Below are positions 7,631-15,418 of a DNA stretch of 43,784 nucleotides, one piece after another. A program made the position numbers and the translations under genes. The notes below the pieces were generated by a model. That model did not search any database. It was not told where the DNA came from and saw only the letters and a program-made list of their open reading frames with translations. Within the stretch, counting starts at the first letter, position 1, and each line of letters opens with the position of its first letter. The stretch is from a virus (taxonomy: Duplodnaviria > Caudoviricetes): the IMG/VR virus record IMGVR_UViG_3300048998_000064, positions 1 to 43,784 of that record, one strand, 5' to 3'.

Positions 7631-7938
7631 GCCCTCACCGACGCATGGAAGCCCTCGGGCCGGTCGATCTCTACGCCGACGCAGCCGTCCATGAGCCCCA
7701 TAAGAGCGCGGGCCATCGCCTCACCGCTCCACAGCTCAGCGGGCATTGTCGTGCCCTGCCAGCCGGCCAGAACGCCCTTCAACAGGGATTGCAGAACTCG
7801 CCCGTCACGCGGCGGCTCAGCGCTCCACCACGCTTTTACGGTCCAGGTGTGCCAGTGCTCGCCCTCCAGGCCCATAGGATCGACGTGGCGGGCCGTGAGA
7901 GTGGCGCTGACGCCGGTTAGACAGACAGCCTCACCCAT
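7624..7938 (-). CDS. QueD/PTPS-like T-fold protein lacking the canonical Cys
   Basis: ARH...LEGEHWHTWTV resembles the QueD metal-binding H...HxH; overlaps the TGT-like gene. Confidence 0.55.
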   Translation of the reverse strand: MGEAVCLTGVSATLTARHVDPMGLEGEHWHTWTVKAWWSAEPPRDGRVLQSLLKGVLAGWQGTTMPAELWSGEAMARALMGLMDGCVGVEIDRPEGFHASVRAW

Positions 7939-7977
7939 CGTCCCGCTCCACGTCGCACTGGCGGAAGGCAACGCGGG

Positions 7978-8799
7978 TCACTCGGGGGGCTCCGTGATGG
8001 CGAGGGGGTTCCACCTGAAGCCTCCGGTCTGTTCAATGTCGTCGTAGCCTGCGAACAGGCACGGGTCGGACATGCCGTAGGGGTTGATCTCGATCAGACG
8101 CTCGTAGTGGGTGCCGGGCGCGTATAGATCGAATACGATCTCGTCGAAGTTTTGGGCTAGGTGGGTGGTGTAAAAGCGCTCGGCAGCATCAAGCATGCGC
8201 TGGCCGAAGTCCGCGTCTATCTCACCGTCATGTTCGGGCGGCTCGTTGTAGAAATACCGGCTGACCCCGCGAACCTTACCGCCGCTCGCGAAGCAGCGAA
8301 ATTCGGCGTCCTTGTGAAGGCTAACATATTCCCGCAGGCAGATGAACATCGGCTTCTTTGCGTGAAAGAACATGCAGCAGTCGTCCAAGGCCCGCTCGCT
8401 GGCCCAAAGCCAGGAGACTGCTTGCTTGCCGCTGCACGTCACCGGCGCGACCGGGTGGCTGGCGTCCTTCGGCGAGCGCGAGTTCAGGCGCACGAACCAA
8501 TTATCCCAGCCCATCACAGCATCAATGCTGGCCGCGATCTCAGACGCCACCGACTCCATTACATCGCGCGGCTCGGCGTCCCAGAGACGCATCATTTGAG
8601 CAGGATCAACGGGGATGAACTTCGTCGGAAATGACAGGTCCATCAGCCCCGCCGGCCAGCGATCAAGGAACGTGTGCGAGACGCGCTCGTAAGCCATCAG
8701 ATTGGTGACCCGCGACTCTTCCGCGCTGGGCACACGAACGATTGGCCAGTCGAAGCTGAGAGCCCCCACCCCCTGCGTTTCTTGGCTGGGTGAGGTCAT
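7978..8799 (-). CDS. Cdc123/D123-like (R2K clade) ATP-grasp protein
   Basis: FVRLNSRSPKD, EFRCF, VSRY and LIEINPYGMSDPCLF motifs. Confidence 0.75.
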   Translation of the reverse strand: MTSPSQETQGVGALSFDWPIVRVPSAEESRVTNLMAYERVSHTFLDRWPAGLMDLSFPTKFIPVDPAQMMRLWDAEPRDVMESVASEIAASIDAVMGWDNWFVRLNSRSPKDASHPVAPVTCSGKQAVSWLWASERALDDCCMFFHAKKPMFICLREYVSLHKDAEFRCFASGGKVRGVSRYFYNEPPEHDGEIDADFGQRMLDAAERFYTTHLAQNFDEIVFDLYAPGTHYERLIEINPYGMSDPCLFAGYDDIEQTGGFRWNPLAITEPPE

Positions 8800-9245
8800 G
8801 GGGTCTCCCAAATGAGCTTGGGTTCAAGGGGGTGCTTGTCGTCGCGCGGGCGGCCGGAGCGCGACCAAGACCCGCCGGAGGTCTCGCCGATCAGCGTCCA
8901 GCCCGCAGCTCGCAGCGACGTTCCTGGCTCGCTCTTGAGGGTGTAGGTTCCGACCTTCTGATAGCCGAGAGCGAGAGCTGCCTTTGCCGCCTTGCCGTAC
9001 AGGAACGAGCAGGCGTTCGGCTCATCCTCCAGCACGCAGAGCCGGGTGACTTCGGCGGTGCGGCCATCTTGTCGCCGACGTGAAACCGGGCGCCCAACGA
9101 TCACAACGCCGACCAGACGCTCACCGCGGTAGGCGGCTATGCTGAACAGGTGGCCGACTGGCTGGGTGTGGTGACGATGATATTCGGACACGAAAGCAGC
9201 CGCGTCGGCGAACTCAATCCGTTGGTGCGAGAGGCGCTCGCTCAT
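8796..9245 (-). CDS. XF1762-family, Mom-like GNAT-fold protein
   Basis: HRHH, GVVIVGRPVSR, EVTRLC, NACSFLY and TYTLxSEPGTSLRAAGW motifs. Confidence 0.75.
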   Translation of the reverse strand: MSERLSHQRIEFADAAAFVSEYHRHHTQPVGHLFSIAAYRGERLVGVVIVGRPVSRRRQDGRTAEVTRLCVLEDEPNACSFLYGKAAKAALALGYQKVGTYTLKSEPGTSLRAAGWTLIGETSGGSWSRSGRPRDDKHPLEPKLIWETP

Positions 9246-9484
9246 CCCGCCCCCCGCGCGATCCGTGCTGCTTGATCCTCCAAGCCTCCCGTGGTGGCTT
9301 GGCCGGCACCGTCGCAATCGGGGCAGATGGCCGTTCCCTCATCGCCTTGGTCGCCCGGTTCGGGGGTTTCAAGGTAGCGTTCCCAATCGGTGACGATCTC
9401 GCCGTTGCCTTGGCAGGTATCGCAAAGCGCCCGCCTCTCCACCAGATTCCCGGCTGCTTCTAGAGCTTGGGCTTCAGAGGTCAT
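9242..9484 (-). CDS. Small Zn-finger protein (two CxxCxGxG motifs)
   Basis: CDTCQGNG and CPDCDGAG; ATGA coupling. Confidence 0.65.
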   Translation of the reverse strand: MTSEAQALEAAGNLVERRALCDTCQGNGEIVTDWERYLETPEPGDQGDEGTAICPDCDGAGQATTGGLEDQAARIARGAG

Positions 9485-9789
9485 GGTTGGGACTCTGCTT
9501 GATCCGCGGCATACCGAAACCCGAGGATGAGATTTCCCAGCGAGGCGATTTGCGCGTCTAAAGGAAACCGGCTCATCGCGGCTTCGAAACCATCCGCAAG
9601 GCTTCGGGCGACTGACGGCGGAAGTACCAGGGACATGCCGTTGATCGTGGCTGTGACCCACATCGGTCCATTCGATGAGGGGCGACCCAGGCCGATCTCC
9701 AGGTCAGAGTTATCAGGCGCGCGACGGTACGCTTCCATCCACATCTGAGTGCCGTCTTGGCCTGTGAGCATCACGCGAGCTTCACCCAT
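9481..9789 (-). CDS. Hypothetical protein
   Basis: GGAGG upstream; coupled within the early operon. Confidence 0.6.
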   Translation of the reverse strand: MGEARVMLTGQDGTQMWMEAYRRAPDNSDLEIGLGRPSSNGPMWVTATINGMSLVLPPSVARSLADGFEAAMSRFPLDAQIASLGNLILGFRYAADQAESQP

Positions 9790-10120
9790 CCAAGCCTCCC
9801 GTTGCCGGGGGTGACGAGAGGAGGGCGGCGATTGTCTTCGCGATCTCACCTGCATAGATGCGTACTGCGCCAGGAACGTCGGGGTTGTCCGCCACGCTGG
9901 TCCGCAAGTATCCAGCGTCACAGTCCAGCCGACACTCCAACTCCGCGATCCTCGCATCCTTGGCCGCGTTCTCGGCTTGCTGGGCGAGGAGGAGGGAGAG
10001 GAGACCGATGCAGGCTTCACGGCTGAAGGTATTGTTGAACTCCACCCAGGCGACCAATGAGCAACCCGGCACGTAGGCTTCGGCTACTCGCAGCATCGCG
10101 GGGAGGTCGGGGGAGGTCAT
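9782..10120 (-). CDS. Hypothetical protein
   Basis: GGAG RBS; ATGA coupling. Confidence 0.6.
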   Translation of the reverse strand: MTSPDLPAMLRVAEAYVPGCSLVAWVEFNNTFSREACIGLLSLLLAQQAENAAKDARIAELECRLDCDAGYLRTSVADNPDVPGAVRIYAGEIAKTIAALLSSPPATGGLDG

Positions 10121-10410
10121 GCCCACACTCCGAAGAAGGCGCGGACAGCTTGAACTGCCTTATCCAACCAAGACAGCTTGCGGATTTCCCAGCCAGTCGC
10201 CTGGCACTCCCAGCACGGCTGGATGCTATTCTTCGGCCACGTCCCGCTGCCGACAATCGCGTGGCGCTCGAAACAAACCTGGCAGGGGATGTTGTGTTTG
10301 CAGAGGCCCATGTCTCCGACCCACAGGGTGTGCGTCAGAGGCGGCGTGGGATCGGGGCTGTAGAAGACCCTCATGGCCTCTTCGAAGGGCGCGTCGCGGA
10401 TGTAGCTCAA
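10117..10410 (-). CDS. Hypothetical Zn-binding protein
   Basis: CQVC and CWEC; TTGA coupling. Confidence 0.6.
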   Translation of the reverse strand: MSYIRDAPFEEAMRVFYSPDPTPPLTHTLWVGDMGLCKHNIPCQVCFERHAIVGSGTWPKNSIQPCWECQATGWEIRKLSWLDKAVQAVRAFFGVWA

Positions 10411-10787
10411 GACCGTCCCCCTTCATCGCTTTTCACCGGAGGGGCGAGGGCGGTGTGCGCCGCCTTGAACATGCCGCGCGTCAGGTCGAATGGGCGATGC
10501 AGGCCAGTGAAAGTGACCATCGGCGTATCGTCAGGCAGGTCGCGGGCGAACAGCCACTGACCGATTGCAGCGAACGGCTTCAACGCCTCCCGCAGCGCTT
10601 CCACCACCCCCACGTCCTGTCCTTCCACTGTCGGGGGCGGCGGGGCGAGGGCGGTTTCGGACGTGTGCCAGATGTCGATCCCGCAGGCCCACCCCGTGCA
10701 GAAGTATCCATCCGGCACATCATCCCTCGGGTGTGCAATATTCCCGCACCGCCAACACGCGATACTCTGGCGCAGTTCATCGGCCAT
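10407..10787 (-). CDS. Hypothetical protein (Zn-finger N-terminus)
   Basis: CWRC...CTGWAC; AAGGA upstream. Confidence 0.6.
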   Translation of the reverse strand: MADELRQSIACWRCGNIAHPRDDVPDGYFCTGWACGIDIWHTSETALAPPPPTVEGQDVGVVEALREALKPFAAIGQWLFARDLPDDTPMVTFTGLHRPFDLTRGMFKAAHTALAPPVKSDEGGRS

Positions 10788-11727
10788 CTTCGGTTCCTTT
10801 CAGGGCGGCGAGGCGGCGTTTGAGGTCGTCAGGACCGTCGTCTATGACGCCAAGGTCGCGGCAAATTCGCACGATGCGGGAGAGTGCCAGGGGGACCGTC
10901 ATCTCGCCCGGTGCCCCCATGGATTTGGCGAGCAGCTTGATTTCGACCAGTCCCGCCTCCGCCCGCACCTTCCACTCCCCCACGCTCGTCAGGGGCGGCG
11001 TCCCGGCGTCCTGGGGCTCTGAGCGGGTGGGGGCGGATGCAGCACCGTAGATGATGGACTGCACGTCTGACGCCCCGAAGGCATGATCAAGCATCGCGGC
11101 CTCGACTTGCATCCGCGCGCCAGGATGAAGCACCCTCTGTGAAAGGCTTTGGTCCCTCGCGAGGGTTTCGGAACTGCACACGGCCACGATCTGTGGCTGG
11201 CGGGGGCGCAAGGCCCAGACGAGCCAGATGGGCACCCCCACCGGAACGGACGGCGAGCCTTGCGGGCGCATAGCGTGGACAGCGGCGTATAGGTCAGTTT
11301 TTCTTATGCTCAGTTCTTCTTGTGTATTGATCCAAAATAGAACGCGGTCAAAAGCATCCCACTGTTCAGACGGAGAGCCTTGCGGGGGAGGGGCGACAGA
11401 CGCGAGGGCGAGGCGCATCTCGTTCAGCCGAAGCGCCTTCTGCTCATCCGTCAGTTCGGACCACCGGAAATCGCCGTGCCACTGGGCGTCGTGCGCCGTC
11501 CTCGCCGCCGCCTCGATCTGCTCCTCCGTCCATCCCCCGGCTTCGCGAGGGGCGGGGGACAGGGCGAGGAGGCGGTCTGCCTTGGCCCGCCAAGGTTCTT
11601 TTGCGGCCTCGTAAAGATCGACATACGGCATGATGCCGCCCTGTCTGAACTCGGCAAACAGCCAAGCAGCGTAGGCTTCGCGCCGCTGGGATTGGTCGGG
11701 GTGGTCAGCGGTCATGGCAGGGCTCAT
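10777..11727 (-). CDS. Mosaic hypothetical protein
   Basis: 316-aa ORF; short modules joined by repeated PQGSPS linkers. Confidence 0.6.
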   Translation of the reverse strand: MSPAMTADHPDQSQRREAYAAWLFAEFRQGGIMPYVDLYEAAKEPWRAKADRLLALSPAPREAGGWTEEQIEAAARTAHDAQWHGDFRWSELTDEQKALRLNEMRLALASVAPPPQGSPSEQWDAFDRVLFWINTQEELSIRKTDLYAAVHAMRPQGSPSVPVGVPIWLVWALRPRQPQIVAVCSSETLARDQSLSQRVLHPGARMQVEAAMLDHAFGASDVQSIIYGAASAPTRSEPQDAGTPPLTSVGEWKVRAEAGLVEIKLLAKSMGAPGEMTVPLALSRIVRICRDLGVIDDGPDDLKRRLAALKGTEDGR

Positions 11728-12223
11728 TCGGACGGAGGATGAAACAGGCGATGTGACGCCCCGTGCCGGCGCCAGGCTCGCCGGTCTCCGTGGACAGCCA
11801 GCGCACGTCGCCGAGGTTGCGGACCTCAGCGCCGGCCTTCAGGAGCATCAGCACCCATTTGTCGATTGGATAGACCAGGACGACGGTCTTGCCCTTGTCG
11901 CGCTCGGCGATGGCCTTGCGCGCCCATGCCGTGGGGCCTTTACGCTTGCCCTGGTGCATGATGGATCCGAAGGGCGGATTGACGTAGCTGGACGTTCCCC
12001 ACTCGTTGGTGAGGCCGTCGAATCCCTCGGGCAGCGGATAGGGACAGGGGTCGAAGTTGAAGCTGAACTCCGCATGCAGCGGGCCATAAACGTCTGGCGG
12101 GGTCAGCCAGTAATGACGACCGTCGGATCCATTGCCGACGTGGAACTTATTCTCTGCCGGCGGCAGACGTGGTGTCGGCTCAGCGGGTTTGGCGGCGACT
12201 TCGCCGAACAGGTCGGTGTCCAT
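11705..12223 (-). CDS. Phage Dam-like N6-adenine DNA methyltransferase
   Basis: WLTPP, FDPCP, DGL and YVNPPF motifs. Confidence 0.85.
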   Translation of the reverse strand: MDTDLFGEVAAKPAEPTPRLPPAENKFHVGNGSDGRHYWLTPPDVYGPLHAEFSFNFDPCPYPLPEGFDGLTNEWGTSSYVNPPFGSIMHQGKRKGPTAWARKAIAERDKGKTVVLVYPIDKWVLMLLKAGAEVRNLGDVRWLSTETGEPGAGTGRHIACFILRPNEPCHDR

Positions 12224-12759
12224 CACGCACCCCCAGGCGGTGAAGCGAGGGCGGCGCGGGCTTCTGCTTCTGTGGCAAAGCACGCGACAGCATCATCAGC
12301 GACACGAACCGCCCAGACCGGCGGCAACATTCGTGCGCGGTCCATCTTGACCGGGTAGTGGCCCCCGTGACCGTAGTCAGTAAGCTCGTCGTATAGCTCG
12401 TCCGGCTCGTTGGCGCCGAGCTCGGAATCTTCTGGGTTCCACCACACGTCACCGGCTTCTGGGTCGGAGCCGTCGAGCTTTGCCAACTCGCCCCGCAGCC
12501 GTTCCACCTCCTTCTCCAGCCGTTCGGCCCTGGAGGCTTTGGCGGCGGATGCGCGGAGGAGGGCGTTGTGAGCTTCGATGATCTTGGCGCACTGGTCGAC
12601 AGGATCGCCCCCGCCGCCGACCTCAAGACGTTCGCCGTCTTCCCGATAGATGAAGCTGATCTGCTCTCCGGTCGCGCCGCTGTAGGACAGCATGTCAGGC
12701 CGCGAACCGCGCCACTTCGCCAACGCCTCGGCGTCCAGCGCTTCCACGGGGCCGGTCAT
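12223..12759 (-). CDS. Hypothetical protein (coiled coil)
   Basis: Coupled ORF in the early operon. Confidence 0.6.
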   Translation of the reverse strand: MTGPVEALDAEALAKWRGSRPDMLSYSGATGEQISFIYREDGERLEVGGGGDPVDQCAKIIEAHNALLRASAAKASRAERLEKEVERLRGELAKLDGSDPEAGDVWWNPEDSELGANEPDELYDELTDYGHGGHYPVKMDRARMLPPVWAVRVADDAVACFATEAEARAALASPPGGA

Positions 12760-13328
12760 GCCGCCACCCGCGACTTCGGCTGATCGTCATTCTTGATCGT
12801 CTGCTTGAACCCGACGTTTCCAGCGACGTGGAAAACCACGATGCCTTCGGGGTCCATGAAGCCCGGCGCGGCTATGCTGCCACGGAACTCCAGTGCTTCG
12901 AGCGCATAGCTGATACGGCCTTGATTGAAGGCTCCGCGATACAGCGTCGGCACGACGTGACAGCAGGTTGGCCGCACCGCATCGTCATCCCAGCGCGAGA
13001 CGTTAAAGAGGCTGAACCGCTTCTCCGTCAGACCGTAGCGGCGCTGGATGCCTGCGCCCCACCACTCGCCGAAGTGCCGACCCGGCCCCAGCCGCAGCAG
13101 CTCCTCGCGGTTCTGCTCCACCCACCGCGCGAAGCCGTGATTGTCCTGCTCCGGCGTGATCCAGCGGGTGCGCGACCCAGCGCGGATTTCGGTCCCATCG
13201 TCACCGATCCAGACCTGGGCGTTCGTGCCGTCGATCTTCTCGGTGACGATGATCTCGCGGCTGAACCGCGCCATCTTCGGGAACTCAACAAAGTCGTTAG
13301 TCAATGGGTTTGCTCCTGTGTGGGTCAT
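12756..13328 (-). CDS. ATP-dependent RNA ligase (Rnl2-like nucleotidyltransferase domain)
   Basis: TEKIDGTN (motif I KxDG), GSR, FGEWWG, FSLFNV and EGIVV. Confidence 0.85.
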   Translation of the reverse strand: MTHTGANPLTNDFVEFPKMARFSREIIVTEKIDGTNAQVWIGDDGTEIRAGSRTRWITPEQDNHGFARWVEQNREELLRLGPGRHFGEWWGAGIQRRYGLTEKRFSLFNVSRWDDDAVRPTCCHVVPTLYRGAFNQGRISYALEALEFRGSIAAPGFMDPEGIVVFHVAGNVGFKQTIKNDDQPKSRVAA

Positions 13329-13954
13329 GCTGCGGCTCGCTGGGCGCGCGCAGACCTGGCGATGTTGAGCAGCAGGTCGCGGAAGGCGGGCGGCGTGGCG
13401 TTGCGGATACGGGTCTTGTCCTTGCCGCCGATCATGGCGACCTGACCGATCTTGCGGGCCTTGGCTTCGCCGTAGCGCTCGATCATCCAGGCAGGCGGGG
13501 TACGGTCGCTCTTCGACCAGTCCAAGGCCGGCAGATCGCAGCCGACCGCGTAGAGTAGGGTCGGCTTGGGGGCAAAGTGGCCGTAATGGCGCTGGTCCAC
13601 CTGACAGACCCACCCGCCATAGGCGTCCGCCTTGGTCCAACCCTCGCCGGCCCGCGGCGAACGGATGCCGAAATAGGGGAGGGCGCTGGACCCGGCTGGG
13701 TGCTCGACTATGCCGCCGTAGTTACGCGCCGAAGTCAGCGCGCTGGCAAAGCACCCGCCGTCCTCGCCGCGGCGGAACTGGTGTGGCTTGCGGGTCGAGC
13801 CATGCCAGAACCGGCCCCACCGCTGACATTCCGGGTGCGCCACAACCGGCCAGGGGCCGCGGTAAAGCCGCGCGTCGCGCTCTCGGTCCCACGGGTCCAC
13901 CCCTTCGAGCCCGAAATAGCAGCCGCCGGTTTCGACGTAGAGCGCGGCGATCAT
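13325..13954 (-). CDS. Divergent DNA cytosine-C5 methyltransferase-like protein
   Basis: AHPEC (PC-like), VEHP (ENx-like) and Q..YGH...KPT motifs. Confidence 0.6.
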   Translation of the reverse strand: MIAALYVETGGCYFGLEGVDPWDRERDARLYRGPWPVVAHPECQRWGRFWHGSTRKPHQFRRGEDGGCFASALTSARNYGGIVEHPAGSSALPYFGIRSPRAGEGWTKADAYGGWVCQVDQRHYGHFAPKPTLLYAVGCDLPALDWSKSDRTPPAWMIERYGEAKARKIGQVAMIGGKDKTRIRNATPPAFRDLLLNIARSARAQRAAA

Positions 13955-14145
13955 CAGACGGCCCGCAGGTTCGCGGCTTGGACGCACAGAGAGCCGCCGT
14001 GGGCGAACTGCACCACGACATAGCCGAGGGGGCGTTGGTCGCGCTTGCGAGCCATGACGGTGGCCGTTTCCGACCAGTCATCGACCAGCTTGCCACCTGC
14101 GAAAACGCTGCGGCGGAAGGCGACCTTTTGCTTGTGCGAGAACAT
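13954..14145 (-). CDS. Small hypothetical protein
   Basis: GGAG RBS; divergent from the RHH gene. Confidence 0.6.
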   Translation of the reverse strand: MFSHKQKVAFRRSVFAGGKLVDDWSETATVMARKRDQRPLGYVVVQFAHGGSLCVQAANLRAV

Positions 14146-14162
14146 CTGCTTGTCTCCGTAGT

Positions 14163-14248
14163 TGATATCACCTAATTAGATGATATCAGTTTGTCCCGCA
14201 ATAGGTGATATCGTCAAAATGCACGCCTTGGCCGAAAACGTGATATCG
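14163..14248. promoter_or_regulatory. Four TGATATC(A/G) palindromic boxes; probable operator of the RHH regulator
   Basis: Copies at 14163, 14181, 14206 and 14241 in an AT-rich divergent intergenic region. Confidence 0.7.
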
Positions 14249-14251
14249 CCT

Positions 14252-14422
14252 ATGCGTGCCAAGGTGGGGCGCAAGCGGATCAACGAAGAGCAGACGCCTG
14301 GCCGTTTCCCGGCCGGCACGCTGGCGCGCATGGACGCCCTTCTCGGGGAGAAGGAGAGCCGCGCCGACCTGATCCGCCTCGCCGTCGAACGCGAGCTGGA
14401 GCGCCGAGAGAAGGGCAAGTAA
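14252..14422 (+). CDS. Ribbon-helix-helix (CopG/Arc-like) transcription regulator
   Basis: GRKR then beta-strand and RFPAGTLARMD...SRADLIRLAVEREL; opposite strand to the surrounding operon. Confidence 0.75.
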   Translation: MRAKVGRKRINEEQTPGRFPAGTLARMDALLGEKESRADLIRLAVERELERREKGK

Positions 14423-14424
14423 GC

Positions 14425-14841
14425 TCATCCTCCCCATCCCGTCCGCAGGGTGAGACAGAGGGCCGTGGGGTCGATGCCGGCGGCGGACCAGAAGGCGCGC
14501 TCGTTGCCCCGGTGCTGCTCGGCATGATGATGGGCGCAAAGCGGGGTCGCCCAGGAATCGTCAGGCTTGCGCTGCATCCCCGGATTGATCCGCCCGGCCG
14601 CCGCATCGCTGGTCCGAAGGTGCGCGGCCTGGATAGGTCCAGAGCATCTTCCGACGTGGGCCACGGCGCACGGCAGGGTCCGAAGCCAGCGCAGATAGGC
14701 AGGTTCCTTCACACGGCCCCTCGTGGCCTTCGGAGACGGCGCCCGCCCCTTGCTGGCGGCCTTGCGCTCTCGGCGGTTGAACTCGCGCACGACCCGTTCG
14801 GCCTTGTGCTTGGCTTCGCGCTCTGCGGCTGTGAGGGTCAT
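14425..14841 (-). CDS. DUF968-like HNH-type nuclease
   Basis: YLRWLRTLPC, AAH and PDD..ATPLCAHHHAEQH motifs. Confidence 0.75.
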   Translation of the reverse strand: MTLTAAEREAKHKAERVVREFNRRERKAASKGRAPSPKATRGRVKEPAYLRWLRTLPCAVAHVGRCSGPIQAAHLRTSDAAAGRINPGMQRKPDDSWATPLCAHHHAEQHRGNERAFWSAAGIDPTALCLTLRTGWGG

Positions 14842-14972
14842 GCGGCCCTCCAGAACTGCCTGATCGGCGGCAAGTCGGCGGCTGTGCGCCACCCAGCCTG
14901 ATATGATCCAGCCGCGTGCTTCAGCAGGTTCCGCCGATACGAGTAGGCTTCTTCGCGGGAGGGGATGCTCAT
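14838..14972 (-). CDS. Small hypothetical protein (44 aa)
   Basis: ATGA overlaps at both ends; fills the gap exactly. Confidence 0.5.
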   Translation of the reverse strand: MSIPSREEAYSYRRNLLKHAAGSYQAGWRTAADLPPIRQFWRAA

Positions 14973-15418
14973 GCAGCGGCCCCAGCCGGGTTATTAGCCC
15001 GGTCTGGTCCCTCGCTGCTGTGGTCTGAAAGCTCGATGCCGTTCTGAGCCGCGAACGCTTCGATCAGCGTGATCAGCTCGCCCATTTCGGCGATGGTCAT
15101 GTTCGACGTGTGCATGCCCAGCAGGACGAACCCGCCGTTCAGGCCGGGCACCACGTCCAGCTCGTTGTTCGCCGACCGCAGGGCCGCGGTCATGATGTCC
15201 TTCCAAGCCTCGACCGTCCGGCGTTGCCCCGACTTGGGCGGCCACTCGGCTTGGCGCGCAATGTCGGTTAAATGAGCGTGGAGACGTGCGTTCTGCGGCA
15301 GCGTCCGCTTCGGCTTGCCGAAGGTCAGCACGGTCCCGGCGACAGCGCTTTCCACCCAACGGTGGGCGAGCTGCCGGCGCACCTGTCCGTTCAGGACGAT
15401 GGTCGGATCAGCGGCCAT
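14969..15418 (-). CDS. ninB: NinB/Orf-family recombination protein
   Basis: RTLPQNARLHAHLTDIARQ, WKD, PGLNGG and TSNMTIAEMGELI motifs. Confidence 0.85.
   Translation of the reverse strand: MAADPTIVLNGQVRRQLAHRWVESAVAGTVLTFGKPKRTLPQNARLHAHLTDIARQAEWPPKSGQRRTVEAWKDIMTAALRSANNELDVVPGLNGGFVLLGMHTSNMTIAEMGELITLIEAFAAQNGIELSDHSSEGPDRANNPAGAAA

Noticed and set aside
14163-14248. Mini-CRISPR array
   Set aside because: The repeats are only 8 bp with irregular short spacing and no cas genes; they fit operator sites better
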